DNA of 44,266 nucleotides from a virus: IMG/VR virus record IMGVR_UViG_3300045988_092115, positions 1 to 44,266 of that record; one strand, 5' to 3'. Shown piece by piece: positions 9,293 to 16,738 of this stretch (position 1 is its first letter; each line of letters starts with the position of its first letter). The notes under the pieces were generated by a model. It saw only the letters and a program-made list of their open reading frames with translations, ran no database searches and was not told where the DNA came from. The position numbers and the translations under genes were made by a program.

Positions 9293-10462
9293 TTACGCCT
9301 TTGCGGTTACTGTCGCATGTCCTGCGCTCAGTGCCTTATAGGTGCTGTCACACTCAACTACCGTGATAACCTGCCCGGTTGCAGCTGTAATATCGGACTT
9401 GCCGTCCCATGCGCTCCAGTTCTTTACATTCTGGCCATACTCCACGGTTGTCTGACTGGATGCAACCTTGTATTTGTATACATTGCCCTCATTCCCCTTT
9501 GCCGGGGTAACGGTCAGCTTAGTGGTTCCGCTATCGGTGCCTTCTGCGGAAGCCACAGTCAGATCACCAAGGGTTTCAGAGCCGCCGAAGCTGATAACGG
9601 AGATGCCGTCCAGGTACTCTGCAAACAGTACCATGCCCATGATGGCAAATGCTTCAGAAACTGCTGTGTGGTAGTTGCCCTGGGTATGGAAACCAATCAA
9701 CGGAGTCTCGCCCGCCACGGTGTAAACCAGGCCAGCTTTCGCGAAGTCGGAATCACTCGGGTCAACATAGTACAGCACGATGTTGTCTACCGGGGTAGCA
9801 ATGACTTTGCCGCGCGGAATCTCGCTCTCAGACAGCAGGAAGATAGTGTTGAATCCCATGAAGTCCTTTACATACTGGAAGCCGAACTGATTCTGCACGG
9901 TAATGTTTGCCGCGCCGATGTACTCATACACATCCAGACCGTTCACAAAGCCAACGATTCCATTCGGGATAGATCTGTGCATCTGCTTGAACTTATCCTC
10001 AACGCGGCCTTTTGCCATAGCAAGAGCCATCTGGAAGGTACTCTCAGTAGAGGTAAGGCTTCCGGTCTTAAGATAGGTGTAAAACCGTCCGGTAACATCG
10101 GTCTGGAGTTCGAAAAGAAACTCATCGTCAGTCAGCTCCACGGCAACATCGTAGCCGTAAGTCTTGATAGCTTCGATAGACACCGCTTTTGCATACTTCT
10201 CTACGGTGATTTCTGCGTAGCTCTTTTCTTTAACTTCGAATTTGGAGTACGGGATTTCCTCGCCCTCTCCAACTTTTCCACTCTCAAGAGTGCCCTGTGC
10301 GTACTTAGATTTAAGAGTAGACCCCGGGTCTTTCTTAATCATTCTCAGAACGCCAAGAATTTCGCGCAGGTGCTCCCAGTTTCTCTCAAAACGGGTAACA
10401 AAATCCACTTCGCGTGCGCGAACCTGGATGTTTTCCTGCTTAATAAGGTTATTTTTTGCCAT
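9293..10462 (-). CDS. Major capsid protein with C-terminal Ig-like extension
   Basis: 389 aa directly downstream of the scaffold-like gene. The C-terminal ~90 aa (TTKLTVTPAKG...ITVVECDSTYKALSAGHATVTAKA) look like an Ig-like decoration domain. Confidence 0.8.
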   Translation of the reverse strand: MAKNNLIKQENIQVRAREVDFVTRFERNWEHLREILGVLRMIKKDPGSTLKSKYAQGTLESGKVGEGEEIPYSKFEVKEKSYAEITVEKYAKAVSIEAIKTYGYDVAVELTDDEFLFELQTDVTGRFYTYLKTGSLTSTESTFQMALAMAKGRVEDKFKQMHRSIPNGIVGFVNGLDVYEYIGAANITVQNQFGFQYVKDFMGFNTIFLLSESEIPRGKVIATPVDNIVLYYVDPSDSDFAKAGLVYTVAGETPLIGFHTQGNYHTAVSEAFAIMGMVLFAEYLDGISVISFGGSETLGDLTVASAEGTDSGTTKLTVTPAKGNEGNVYKYKVASSQTTVEYGQNVKNWSAWDGKSDITAATGQVITVVECDSTYKALSAGHATVTAKA

Positions 10463-10542
10463 AAAAAAATCCTTTCTACCTATAGCTGTTAAAAGGTGTG
10501 TAGGTCAGCGGCCACGCTCAAAGCGCATGGTCGGTAATTGGA

Positions 10543-11175
10543 TCACTCAAACAGTGACATGTTGCTTGCAATGGCAGCCTGACGTTCTCCGGCATCCTTG
10601 ATATTCATGATATCATCTTTCGTCAGTTTGCCCGGCGGGGTGTTTTTACTGAGACTGGTTGTGAACCGCGCCTGGTTATGTTCTGCCTGTTTCTGGCCTT
10701 CGTCAACAAAAGCTGACGCATCGTCTTTTTTCATCTGCTGCAGCAGATCGTTAAGGCCCAGAATCTTGCCATCCTTGAGTTTAAGCCCGGCTTCCTTGAT
10801 ATCAGCCATAACCGCCTTTTTCGCTGATGCGGAAGAAAACTCAACATCTTCCAGTGCGGTTTTGAGAGCGTCTGCAAAATCTCTTTCATAGATCTTGTCG
10901 TTATACGCTTTCTCTGCATCTGCCGCTTTCTGTTTCCAGGTTGCAAGCTCTCCTTTAATGCTTTCAGGGTCAATTCCCTCAAAGCTCTTAAGGGTGTTTT
11001 CTGCGGTCTCCGCACGTTCTTTCCAGGCATCACGCTCACCCTCTACCTTTGTTAGAGTCTGTGTAACCTCTCCATTGTTCTTGTAGTACTTAGACAAAGC
11101 TCTTTTTACTTCTTCGGCCTTGTCTGCCGGAACTTCAATACCAAATGATCCAAGTGTTTCAATAAGTTTCTGCAT
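10543..11175 (-). CDS. Scaffolding protein
   Basis: 210 aa, strongly helical and charged (KAEEVKRALSKYY..., WKERAETAENTLK, WKQKAADAEKAYNDK), immediately upstream of the capsid gene. Confidence 0.7.
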   Translation of the reverse strand: MQKLIETLGSFGIEVPADKAEEVKRALSKYYKNNGEVTQTLTKVEGERDAWKERAETAENTLKSFEGIDPESIKGELATWKQKAADAEKAYNDKIYERDFADALKTALEDVEFSSASAKKAVMADIKEAGLKLKDGKILGLNDLLQQMKKDDASAFVDEGQKQAEHNQARFTTSLSKNTPPGKLTKDDIMNIKDAGERQAAIASNMSLFE

Positions 11176-11253
11176 ATCTATCCTCCTGGCCGTTTTTATT
11201 GACCTGCCGCCGCAGGTAAATGGATTAAGCCCGATAGACCACGGGCGGGGTAA

Positions 11254-11326
11254 TGGACCGTCAGGGATTCGAACCCCGGACCACCCGGTTATGAGCCGGG
11301 CGCTCTCACCGCTGAGCTAACGGTCC
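11254..11326 (-). tRNA. tRNA with anticodon CAT (elongator Met or Ile2-type)
   Basis: Folded by hand: GGACCGT/ACGGTCC acceptor, GCTC/GAGC D stem, CCCGG-CTCATAA-CCGGG anticodon arm, CGGGG-TTCGAAT-CCCTG T arm, discriminator A. Length is 73 nt and CCA is not encoded. Confidence 0.85.
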
Positions 11327-11327
11327 T

Positions 11328-11360
11328 AAAACACCGGCTACATATTGCAACCGGTGTTTT
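11328..11360. terminator. Symmetric A4-stem-loop-T4 hairpin abutting the tRNA 5' end
   Basis: aaaacaccgg (11328-11337) pairs perfectly with ccggtgtttt (11351-11360). Confidence 0.5.
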
Positions 11361-11378
11361 GAGAAAGAAGTCGATGCG

Positions 11379-11416
11379 AAAAAGTCTTGCTGCATTGGCT
11401 AGGGGTGAACAGCAAG
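11379..11416 (-). terminator. Intrinsic terminator-like hairpin (minus strand)
   Basis: The cttgctg/cagcaag 7-bp stem (11386-11392 / 11410-11416) is followed on the minus strand by ACTTTTT. Confidence 0.4.
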
Positions 11417-11481
11417 AACCCTCACGGCGGTCGTAAGCCGCCTTAACAGCCTATCAGCTATGAGGGGAAAGGAGGATTGCT

Positions 11482-11691
11482 ATGAAATCACACAGTCAAT
11501 CCGGCCAGATGAATAAACTGGCAATACGCACGCCGGGAATTTCACCCGCTTTTAACCTCCGGGATAAACCCGTTTATATTAAGGGCGTGCGCGGGAGGTG
11601 TAAATTGGCTAGAAAGATTCACAGGAGGTTAATCTTTGCTGCACTTATAATGTATCATTTATCCGTATGTAAGCTATCCACACGTTTATAA
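11482..11691 (+). CDS. Possible small basic protein on the opposite strand
   Basis: 69-aa ORF preceded by AAAGGAGG plus a 6-nt spacer and ATG. It is very basic with a hydrophobic C-terminus. It converges on and overlaps the end of 11686..12237. No promoter was identified. Confidence 0.3.
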   Translation: MKSHSQSGQMNKLAIRTPGISPAFNLRDKPVYIKGVRGRCKLARKIHRRLIFAALIMYHLSVCKLSTRL

Positions 11692-12237
11692 CATATCTCT
11701 AAGTTTATCAACATACCGCTTCACAAGGTCACGTTCTTCGCGGCACTCCGCGTCCTTTGACATGTCCCCAATCTCAGCGGTCAACCCATCCAGATGCTCT
11801 TCCAGTGCGGCAAGCATCTTCCTCTTGCAGTCTTCAGATTTGCCGGAACGATAGCTTTGCTTCTGTGTCATGTAATCATCGTAAGCATCCCGTCCATCAT
11901 TGCGGCTGTAATGCCCTCGCACGTAATGTTCGCCTCGGCGCATGTAAGAAGATCCGCGGTCATAGTCCGGCATCATTCGGCCATCAGAAGAACTGTAACG
12001 GCCCATGCTGTCTCGTCCACGGCGTTCACTGTAATCACCTACACCGTCACGCATCTGATCCAGCACGGTCATATAATACTCGCCCTTTTTATCCCAGTAC
12101 TCTGTGTTTTTTATATCCTTATACATATCAATCAACTTAAAGGCGGTGTCCAGATTGCCAGAGGTGAGGCCTTTTTCTGCGATATTGGATATTTCATCTT
12201 CAATTCGTGCGCACAGATCTTTAATATCTCTCATCAT
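11686..12237 (-). CDS. Hypothetical Arg/Asp/Tyr-rich protein (cassette gene 6)
   Basis: 183 aa with helical ends and a low-complexity RG/SY/DY-rich centre (SERRGRDSMGRYSSSDGRMMPDYDRGSSYMRRGEHYVRGHYSRNDGRDAYDDY). Confidence 0.7.
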   Translation of the reverse strand: MMRDIKDLCARIEDEISNIAEKGLTSGNLDTAFKLIDMYKDIKNTEYWDKKGEYYMTVLDQMRDGVGDYSERRGRDSMGRYSSSDGRMMPDYDRGSSYMRRGEHYVRGHYSRNDGRDAYDDYMTQKQSYRSGKSEDCKRKMLAALEEHLDGLTAEIGDMSKDAECREERDLVKRYVDKLRDML

Positions 12238-12246
12238 CCCACCTCC

Positions 12247-12669
12247 TTATGCTACCCGTGTTACCACAAGATTTGCGTTTGCTACGGTTATAGCCTGCGT
12301 GCTGGTGTTCTCCACTGCAATATTTGAGCAGCACCCACGCGGTACATCAATAAAGATACCTGCGGATACGTTGTTAAACGCTTCCACCACCGCAGGAGTG
12401 GATATCATCTGAGATGATAAGACCGGTTCGCCGCCGATCGCGATTGCAAGGGAGATTGCTTCTGCTGTCCCTCCGGTCGGAACGGCAATATTTGCAGAAA
12501 AGGCCACAAAATAGCGGGCCTTACACTGGTTCGTCATTCCTCTGAGAGTAACTATTCCGCTTCCCTCCCGGTGCTGAACACATGCGGTCCCTTTTACCGC
12601 TGTGTTGGTATATACTACATTTCCATTCGCTGCCACATCCTGAGCGGCAACAGCTACATATTCAGCCAT
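12247..12669 (-). CDS. BclA C-terminal-domain-like (C1q/TNF-like jelly-roll) protein (cassette gene 5)
   Basis: Start moved to the ATG at 12669, which is preceded by AAAGGAGAA. The pattern ...YFVAFSANIAVPTGGTAEAISLAIAIGGEPVLSS...IFIDVPRGCCSNIAVENTS..ITVANANLVVTRVA resembles exosporium BclA C-terminal domains, recognised by eye. Confidence 0.55.
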   Translation of the reverse strand: MAEYVAVAAQDVAANGNVVYTNTAVKGTACVQHREGSGIVTLRGMTNQCKARYFVAFSANIAVPTGGTAEAISLAIAIGGEPVLSSQMISTPAVVEAFNNVSAGIFIDVPRGCCSNIAVENTSTQAITVANANLVVTRVA

Positions 12670-12801
12670 ATTGTTTTCTCCTTTTTCATATCGCAAAAAG
12701 GCAGGACTGAGCCTGCCGATTTGCGTAATACCGGCTCTGGGCCGAACATCCAATGTCTTGTTGAGGTCAACAAAACATCAGAAGATACAGATATGAGGTT
12801 G

Positions 12802-13572
12802 TCAGCAGTTGCAACCAGTGTTACAGCCATAGTATACGTTCGGGTTCGGCACCTGGTAAGCCGGAATCGGTGCCGGATTGATCGCATTAATGAGCTGCTG
12901 GGTCTGTGCTGCCATAGCGGTAGTAAGCAATGCACTCTGGCGATCCTGAGATGCAGCACGTCTGAGATCATTGTTTTCAGCCTGGAGGGAAGAAATCTTC
13001 TCGTTGCACAGGTAGTCCAGAATAGCTCTGGTTCCTGCGTTCTGGCTGTCAATAATGTCTCTGGTGTTGCTGTTCATGGTGTTCTGGAGTGCACAGGTGT
13101 TCTGCGCCATGTTGTAATTTACGCCCTGGATTGCTTCCCGGGTCTCGCAGCAACACTGAGCAAGCTGCGCCTGGAGTGCATTGGTGTTCTGCATGTTGGC
13201 TACAGTGTCGGCGTTAATAGCCTGCTGGATGCCGAAACCAGTCTGCATGACGTTTGTATTGATGCCGTTGAATCCGGTAAGCATACCGTTATTCATGGCA
13301 TAGAAGCCATCACACAGGCCGCTGGACAGGCCGTCCAGTTTGCTGATAACCGCCTGGTTGTCAAACCCGCGCTGGATCGCAGAATCGGTGTATGCGCTTC
13401 CGGCTGCTCCACCTCCGCCGTTTCCCCAGCCATTGCCACCCCATCCGCAGAAAGCGAAAATGAATAAAACGATGAGCCACCAGACACCGTCTCCGCCAAA
13501 CATTCCATCATTGTTCCGGTTGTTGGTTCCTGTAGCCGCCGCAATATCGGCTAAGCTGTAAGTTCCATCCAT
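12802..13572 (-). CDS. Membrane-anchored Gly/Gln/Asn/Cys-rich protein with YjcZ-like N-terminus (cassette gene 4)
   Basis: 256 aa. The N-terminal GGDGVWWLIVLFIFAFCGWGGNGWGNGGGG resembles tiny YjcZ-type sporulation proteins. Q/N-rich helices follow, with a CCC and other Cys residues. The C-terminus is YYGCNTGCNC. Confidence 0.65.
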   Translation of the reverse strand: MDGTYSLADIAAATGTNNRNNDGMFGGDGVWWLIVLFIFAFCGWGGNGWGNGGGGAAGSAYTDSAIQRGFDNQAVISKLDGLSSGLCDGFYAMNNGMLTGFNGINTNVMQTGFGIQQAINADTVANMQNTNALQAQLAQCCCETREAIQGVNYNMAQNTCALQNTMNSNTRDIIDSQNAGTRAILDYLCNEKISSLQAENNDLRRAASQDRQSALLTTAMAAQTQQLINAINPAPIPAYQVPNPNVYYGCNTGCNC

Positions 13573-13619
13573 ATTGATATCTCCTTTGATTTATTTACAT
13601 TCCCGGCCGGGATAATGTA

Positions 13620-13844
13620 CTATTTCATGCCGCCCAGCATCCGTTGAAACTGCTGTGCCATCTGCTGAGCCTGGTTAAGCTGCGCCTGTGATATTCTACC
13701 AGACTGCAACATCTTTTGTACCTCGGCTTTGGGATCTCCTTTAAAGTTTTGCTTAAACTGCGCAAACTGCTGCATCATCTGCATGGGGCCGTTGCCGCCC
13801 ATCGGCATGCCACCGCCGAACATTTGAAATAATGGGTTACTCAT
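13620..13844 (-). CDS. Small Met/Gln-rich protein (cassette gene 3)
   Basis: Start moved to the ATG at 13844, which overlaps the upstream stop (gATGAGTAA). Sequence: MSNPLFQMFGGGMPMGGNGPMQMMQQFAQFKQNF... Confidence 0.6.
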   Translation of the reverse strand: MSNPLFQMFGGGMPMGGNGPMQMMQQFAQFKQNFKGDPKAEVQKMLQSGRISQAQLNQAQQMAQQFQRMLGGMK

Positions 13845-14304
13845 CTGCTGCCGCACCTCCCTTTGGTCTCCGGCTCTCTGGTTTGGCAGTAGAGCCGCCA
13901 CTTGCTGGAAATGAATTTATCTTGTCCAGAATCTCATTGTATTTGTCAAAAAGGTCCTGGTACTCTTTACGGGTAACATACATATCATTCATGGCAGCTT
14001 CCGGCTGCTTCTGTGGCATTCTGCCGTTTATTTCGTGGTACTCAAACACGCGTAAAGGTTGCGGCATGCCGGATACATCCGTTGACTTGATGTAAAACCG
14101 CTCCGCTTCGCTGTCCATCAGCAATACGCATGATCCGGGTGCAACAAGGTAAGACTTCGCCCCAGTCTCGCCCTGCACCCAGAGTATTCCCTGGTTATTT
14201 GTCGGCGCTGCCATCGGCTGCGGGACGGGCTGGTATTGGTTTATCTGCGCCATACGGTCTTGATACGGCTGGTATGGCTGATACATGTTCGGATATGCTG
14301 CCAT
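13837..14304 (-). CDS. Gln/Pro/Tyr-rich N-terminus plus small beta-rich domain protein (cassette gene 2)
   Basis: 155 aa with a GGAGGAAATCGAAC-ATG ribosome-binding site. The N-terminal MAAYPNMYQPYQPYQDRMAQINQYQPVPQP is compositionally reminiscent of GerQ-type coat proteins. Confidence 0.7.
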   Translation of the reverse strand: MAAYPNMYQPYQPYQDRMAQINQYQPVPQPMAAPTNNQGILWVQGETGAKSYLVAPGSCVLLMDSEAERFYIKSTDVSGMPQPLRVFEYHEINGRMPQKQPEAAMNDMYVTRKEYQDLFDKYNEILDKINSFPASGGSTAKPESRRPKGGAAADE

Positions 14305-14404
14305 GTTCGATTTCCTCCAATTCTTCCAAAAAGATCAAAATATCGTGGTAATCGGTTTTTATAGGTATCTCTATCTCATAGTCATCGGAAAACATCTGCT
14401 CCAT
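14195..14404 (-). CDS. Doubtful acidic ORF at the head of the cassette
   Basis: 69 aa with no Shine-Dalgarno sequence. It overlaps the next gene by 110 nt. The region may instead hold the cassette promoter. Confidence 0.25.
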   Translation of the reverse strand: MEQMFSDDYEIEIPIKTDYHDILIFLEELEEIEHGSISEHVSAIPAVSRPYGADKPIPARPAADGSADK

Positions 14405-14418
14405 GCTTATATTTTGGC

Positions 14419-14451
14419 ATAAAAAATAAGCCCCTGACAGTTCGTCAAAGG
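14419..14451 (-). terminator. Intrinsic terminator after the sigma-like gene (minus strand)
   Basis: On the minus strand, CCTTTGAC-gaact-GTCAGGGG forms 8 pairs including two G-U. It is followed by CTTATTTTTTAT. Confidence 0.55.
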
Positions 14452-14464
14452 CTCAATAAAGTAT

Positions 14465-14689
14465 CTATAAAGTTCCGCATACGCGAATGATCTTTGAATT
14501 TACCCGGCGGCTGATCCGCTTCGCGGTGGCAAGGCTGACATTCATGTTTTCTGCGCAGATCTCCATTGGTACACCTGCGGCCCGGTATTCAAATAAAGCT
14601 CTTTCTTCTGGTGTAAAATTCGCAAGTTGCCGGAACTGGTTCAGCTCCGGTACTGTAAAATCATACACTTTCAAGATGAGATCTATCAC
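14465..14689 (-). CDS. Small sigma-70 region-4-like HTH regulator
   Basis: 74 aa. FTPEERALFEYRAAGVPMEICAENMNVSLATAKRISRRV has the layout of a region 4 / LuxR-type HTH. Confidence 0.55.
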   Translation of the reverse strand: MIDLILKVYDFTVPELNQFRQLANFTPEERALFEYRAAGVPMEICAENMNVSLATAKRISRRVNSKIIRVCGTL

Positions 14690-15027
14690 ACCTCGCTTTC
14701 TCTTGGCTCATATGGCAGAGCCAAACACCTGTTATAAAGATCCTCACCGGTTCCATTTCCTCCGAGTGCCTTGTATGGCTTAAACATATACTCAAGATTA
14801 TCTCTGTCTTCCAGGGTGCAGTATTTGCGTTTTAAATAAAAGGTACAGGCCTGATAAAGTCGGTCATGGAGGAGCGCCAAAACTCCCGCATTGATTGCAT
14901 TTGTTCGGGTGCGCTCTGATTTTAATTGTTTAGACAATTTATGATATGCCCCAGAAAGCAATACTGACATAAGGCCAAACAGCCATGAGACCCAGTGTGC
15001 AGTTACATAGTGTATAATCACTTCCAT
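14686..15027 (-). CDS. Membrane-anchored hypothetical protein
   Basis: 113 aa with one N-terminal TM helix (HWVSWLFGLMSVLLSGAY). Confidence 0.65.
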   Translation of the reverse strand: MEVIIHYVTAHWVSWLFGLMSVLLSGAYHKLSKQLKSERTRTNAINAGVLALLHDRLYQACTFYLKRKYCTLEDRDNLEYMFKPYKALGGNGTGEDLYNRCLALPYEPRESEV

Positions 15028-15047
15028 AGTGTTTATCTCCTAAAGTA

Positions 15048-15431
15048 TTATTTTTTCTCCCAGTAATACACTGGGATCTCGCCTCCGCTGTCCCAGGTGT
15101 CGTAATATTTGCCATTCTGTACCGTCACCACATGACCATCTATACAGAGAATGTATGTGCCGGTTGGATGGTCTGCGCAGAAGTCGTTGACTGTATAGAT
15201 ATAACGTCCATGATCGTCTATCAAGTGTCGCTGATATCCCAAGTCTTTAAGGTACGCACCCCAGACATAATTTGCACTCGGCATATCTGACAGAGCACAT
15301 GCCTGTACCATTAATCCGGCGAATGCTGTTTCCCAGTCAAAACCGGTTGCCTTGCATATTGCCCGGACAACGCAATCTCCTGTTCTCTTATCCTTAACAG
15401 GGTTCGGATTGAAATATTCCCATTTGTCCAT
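15048..15431 (-). CDS. Hypothetical protein with possible papain-like Cys/His arrangement
   Basis: 127 aa with ...RTGDCVVRAICKATG... and ...CIDGHVVTV... The function is uncertain. Confidence 0.6.
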   Translation of the reverse strand: MDKWEYFNPNPVKDKRTGDCVVRAICKATGFDWETAFAGLMVQACALSDMPSANYVWGAYLKDLGYQRHLIDDHGRYIYTVNDFCADHPTGTYILCIDGHVVTVQNGKYYDTWDSGGEIPVYYWEKK

Positions 15432-16552
15432 CAGTCAATCCCCTTTGCTGTTTTATATCGCTTCGCCGCTCCTCTGGCTTTTGCGGCGCTCTGGCGGTTC
15501 CACTTCGCTATCATGAGGCGGTCTTGTAATTCTCTTAGGTCGTTCTGCTTACAGTAATCCTTGTATGCAGCATTTTGCTTTTGTAAAAGATAAGACTTCC
15601 TGTCAAGCTCGGCTTGCAATTCGAAGCGCAGTGCGTCATCCTTGCAGTTTTCTACCGCCGTCTGTAGGCCCATAACCGCTTGCTTTGTTTTGCGGATTCT
15701 GCGCTCTAAGGCTCGTTGCCGCTGCTCCAACTTCTCCATGCGCTCGTTGTCCGCAGTTTGGATATCCTTGTACGGATTATTTACCCCGTCACCTGGGCCG
15801 AAGCTGTGACGGCAGTTCCAACCGCCCAGGCCCTCGCCCGTGCCGTATCCAGTCAGAGAAAAAAGGGGGAAGCGCTTGTCTTGCCCGGTTCGGCTATAAA
15901 ACTGCCCTTGCCACCACAGGTGGTTTCCCGGATTCGCCCCGCCGTCTCCCGTTCTGGCTCCGATATGCGCAGACACAAGAATGATGTCCCACTCCTGCTC
16001 TTTCATCCGCTGCATGGATATGTCACCGGAAGCTTGAGATATCCCGGTGCGCACCGCACGCGCTGTTGCCGTCTCAATGGTGTCTCTATGCCCCGTTGGA
16101 TACCGGACTATAACACCATTCTGCACAACCGTATCAACAGCTTCTCTGACGGCCTGTGTGTACGATACAGCCCCACTTATGACCTTATTGTACGCATTGT
16201 CGCACTCACTGATAAATAGACTCTGTGCGGCTTCTGCGGTGGTTCTTGTCATATTTGACCACTCGCCCATAGTGGCTTCGTAATCCCTTTGAAGTATCCG
16301 CACCAGCGCCGGAGACTGTTCTAGGGCTTCCGTGGTGATTCCGGCAGCTTCGTATACAGCCTTATCGTAAGCCATAGCCTTTACTCCGGCTTCTTCCATT
16401 GCGGCGGCTACCTCTTCGCGCTGTAGATTTGTGTATCGGGCTATCTCCTGCGTGATATCCTGCAAAAGATACCCGGCATCCTGTAGTATCTGGATGCGCC
16501 AGCGGTCGGATGATGTGAGTATGTACTTCTCCCCGCGCCCCAATCGGATCAT
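15431..16552 (-). CDS. Head morphogenesis protein (SPP1 gp7 / Mu F-like); true start probably upstream at a non-ATG codon
   Basis: Contains ...GANPGNHLWWQGQFYS...GYGTGEGLGGWNCRHSFGP... The reading frame stays open for 34 more codons upstream of the ATG (see finding). Confidence 0.75.
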   Translation of the reverse strand: MIRLGRGEKYILTSSDRWRIQILQDAGYLLQDITQEIARYTNLQREEVAAAMEEAGVKAMAYDKAVYEAAGITTEALEQSPALVRILQRDYEATMGEWSNMTRTTAEAAQSLFISECDNAYNKVISGAVSYTQAVREAVDTVVQNGVIVRYPTGHRDTIETATARAVRTGISQASGDISMQRMKEQEWDIILVSAHIGARTGDGGANPGNHLWWQGQFYSRTGQDKRFPLFSLTGYGTGEGLGGWNCRHSFGPGDGVNNPYKDIQTADNERMEKLEQRQRALERRIRKTKQAVMGLQTAVENCKDDALRFELQAELDRKSYLLQKQNAAYKDYCKQNDLRELQDRLMIAKWNRQSAAKARGAAKRYKTAKGID

Positions 16553-16738
16553 GATAGCTTCGATGATTCGGGCAATAATATAGCTATGCAGCGAAGATGC
16601 TATATCCTCGCTGCCCTCTTCTATCTGGCGTAAATATTCTGGATTAAGTATAATATATCACCTCTTTCGGTCTTCAGCTGTTTTTTTGGGAGAAGCATAA
16701 GCAATGGTCATAAGACGCTTAGTTAACTAAAGCCTTCG

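Noticed and set aside
9278-10492. 404-aa plus-strand ORF, the second longest in this part of the window
   Set aside because: It is the mirror image of the major capsid gene. It has no ribosome-binding site, and its composition is Cys/His/Leu/Arg-rich as is typical of antisense frames. The minus-strand product is recognisably a capsid protein.
10731-11039. 102-aa minus-strand ORF inside the scaffold gene
   Set aside because: It is an alternative frame of the scaffold gene with an Arg/Lys/Pro-rich shadow sequence and no independent translation signals.
12571-13467. 298-aa plus-strand ORF across the cassette genes
   Set aside because: It is antisense to two minus-strand genes that have good ribosome-binding sites and coupled starts. 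It spans an intergenic gap without regard to gene boundaries. It is a likely shadow ORF in GC-richer DNA.
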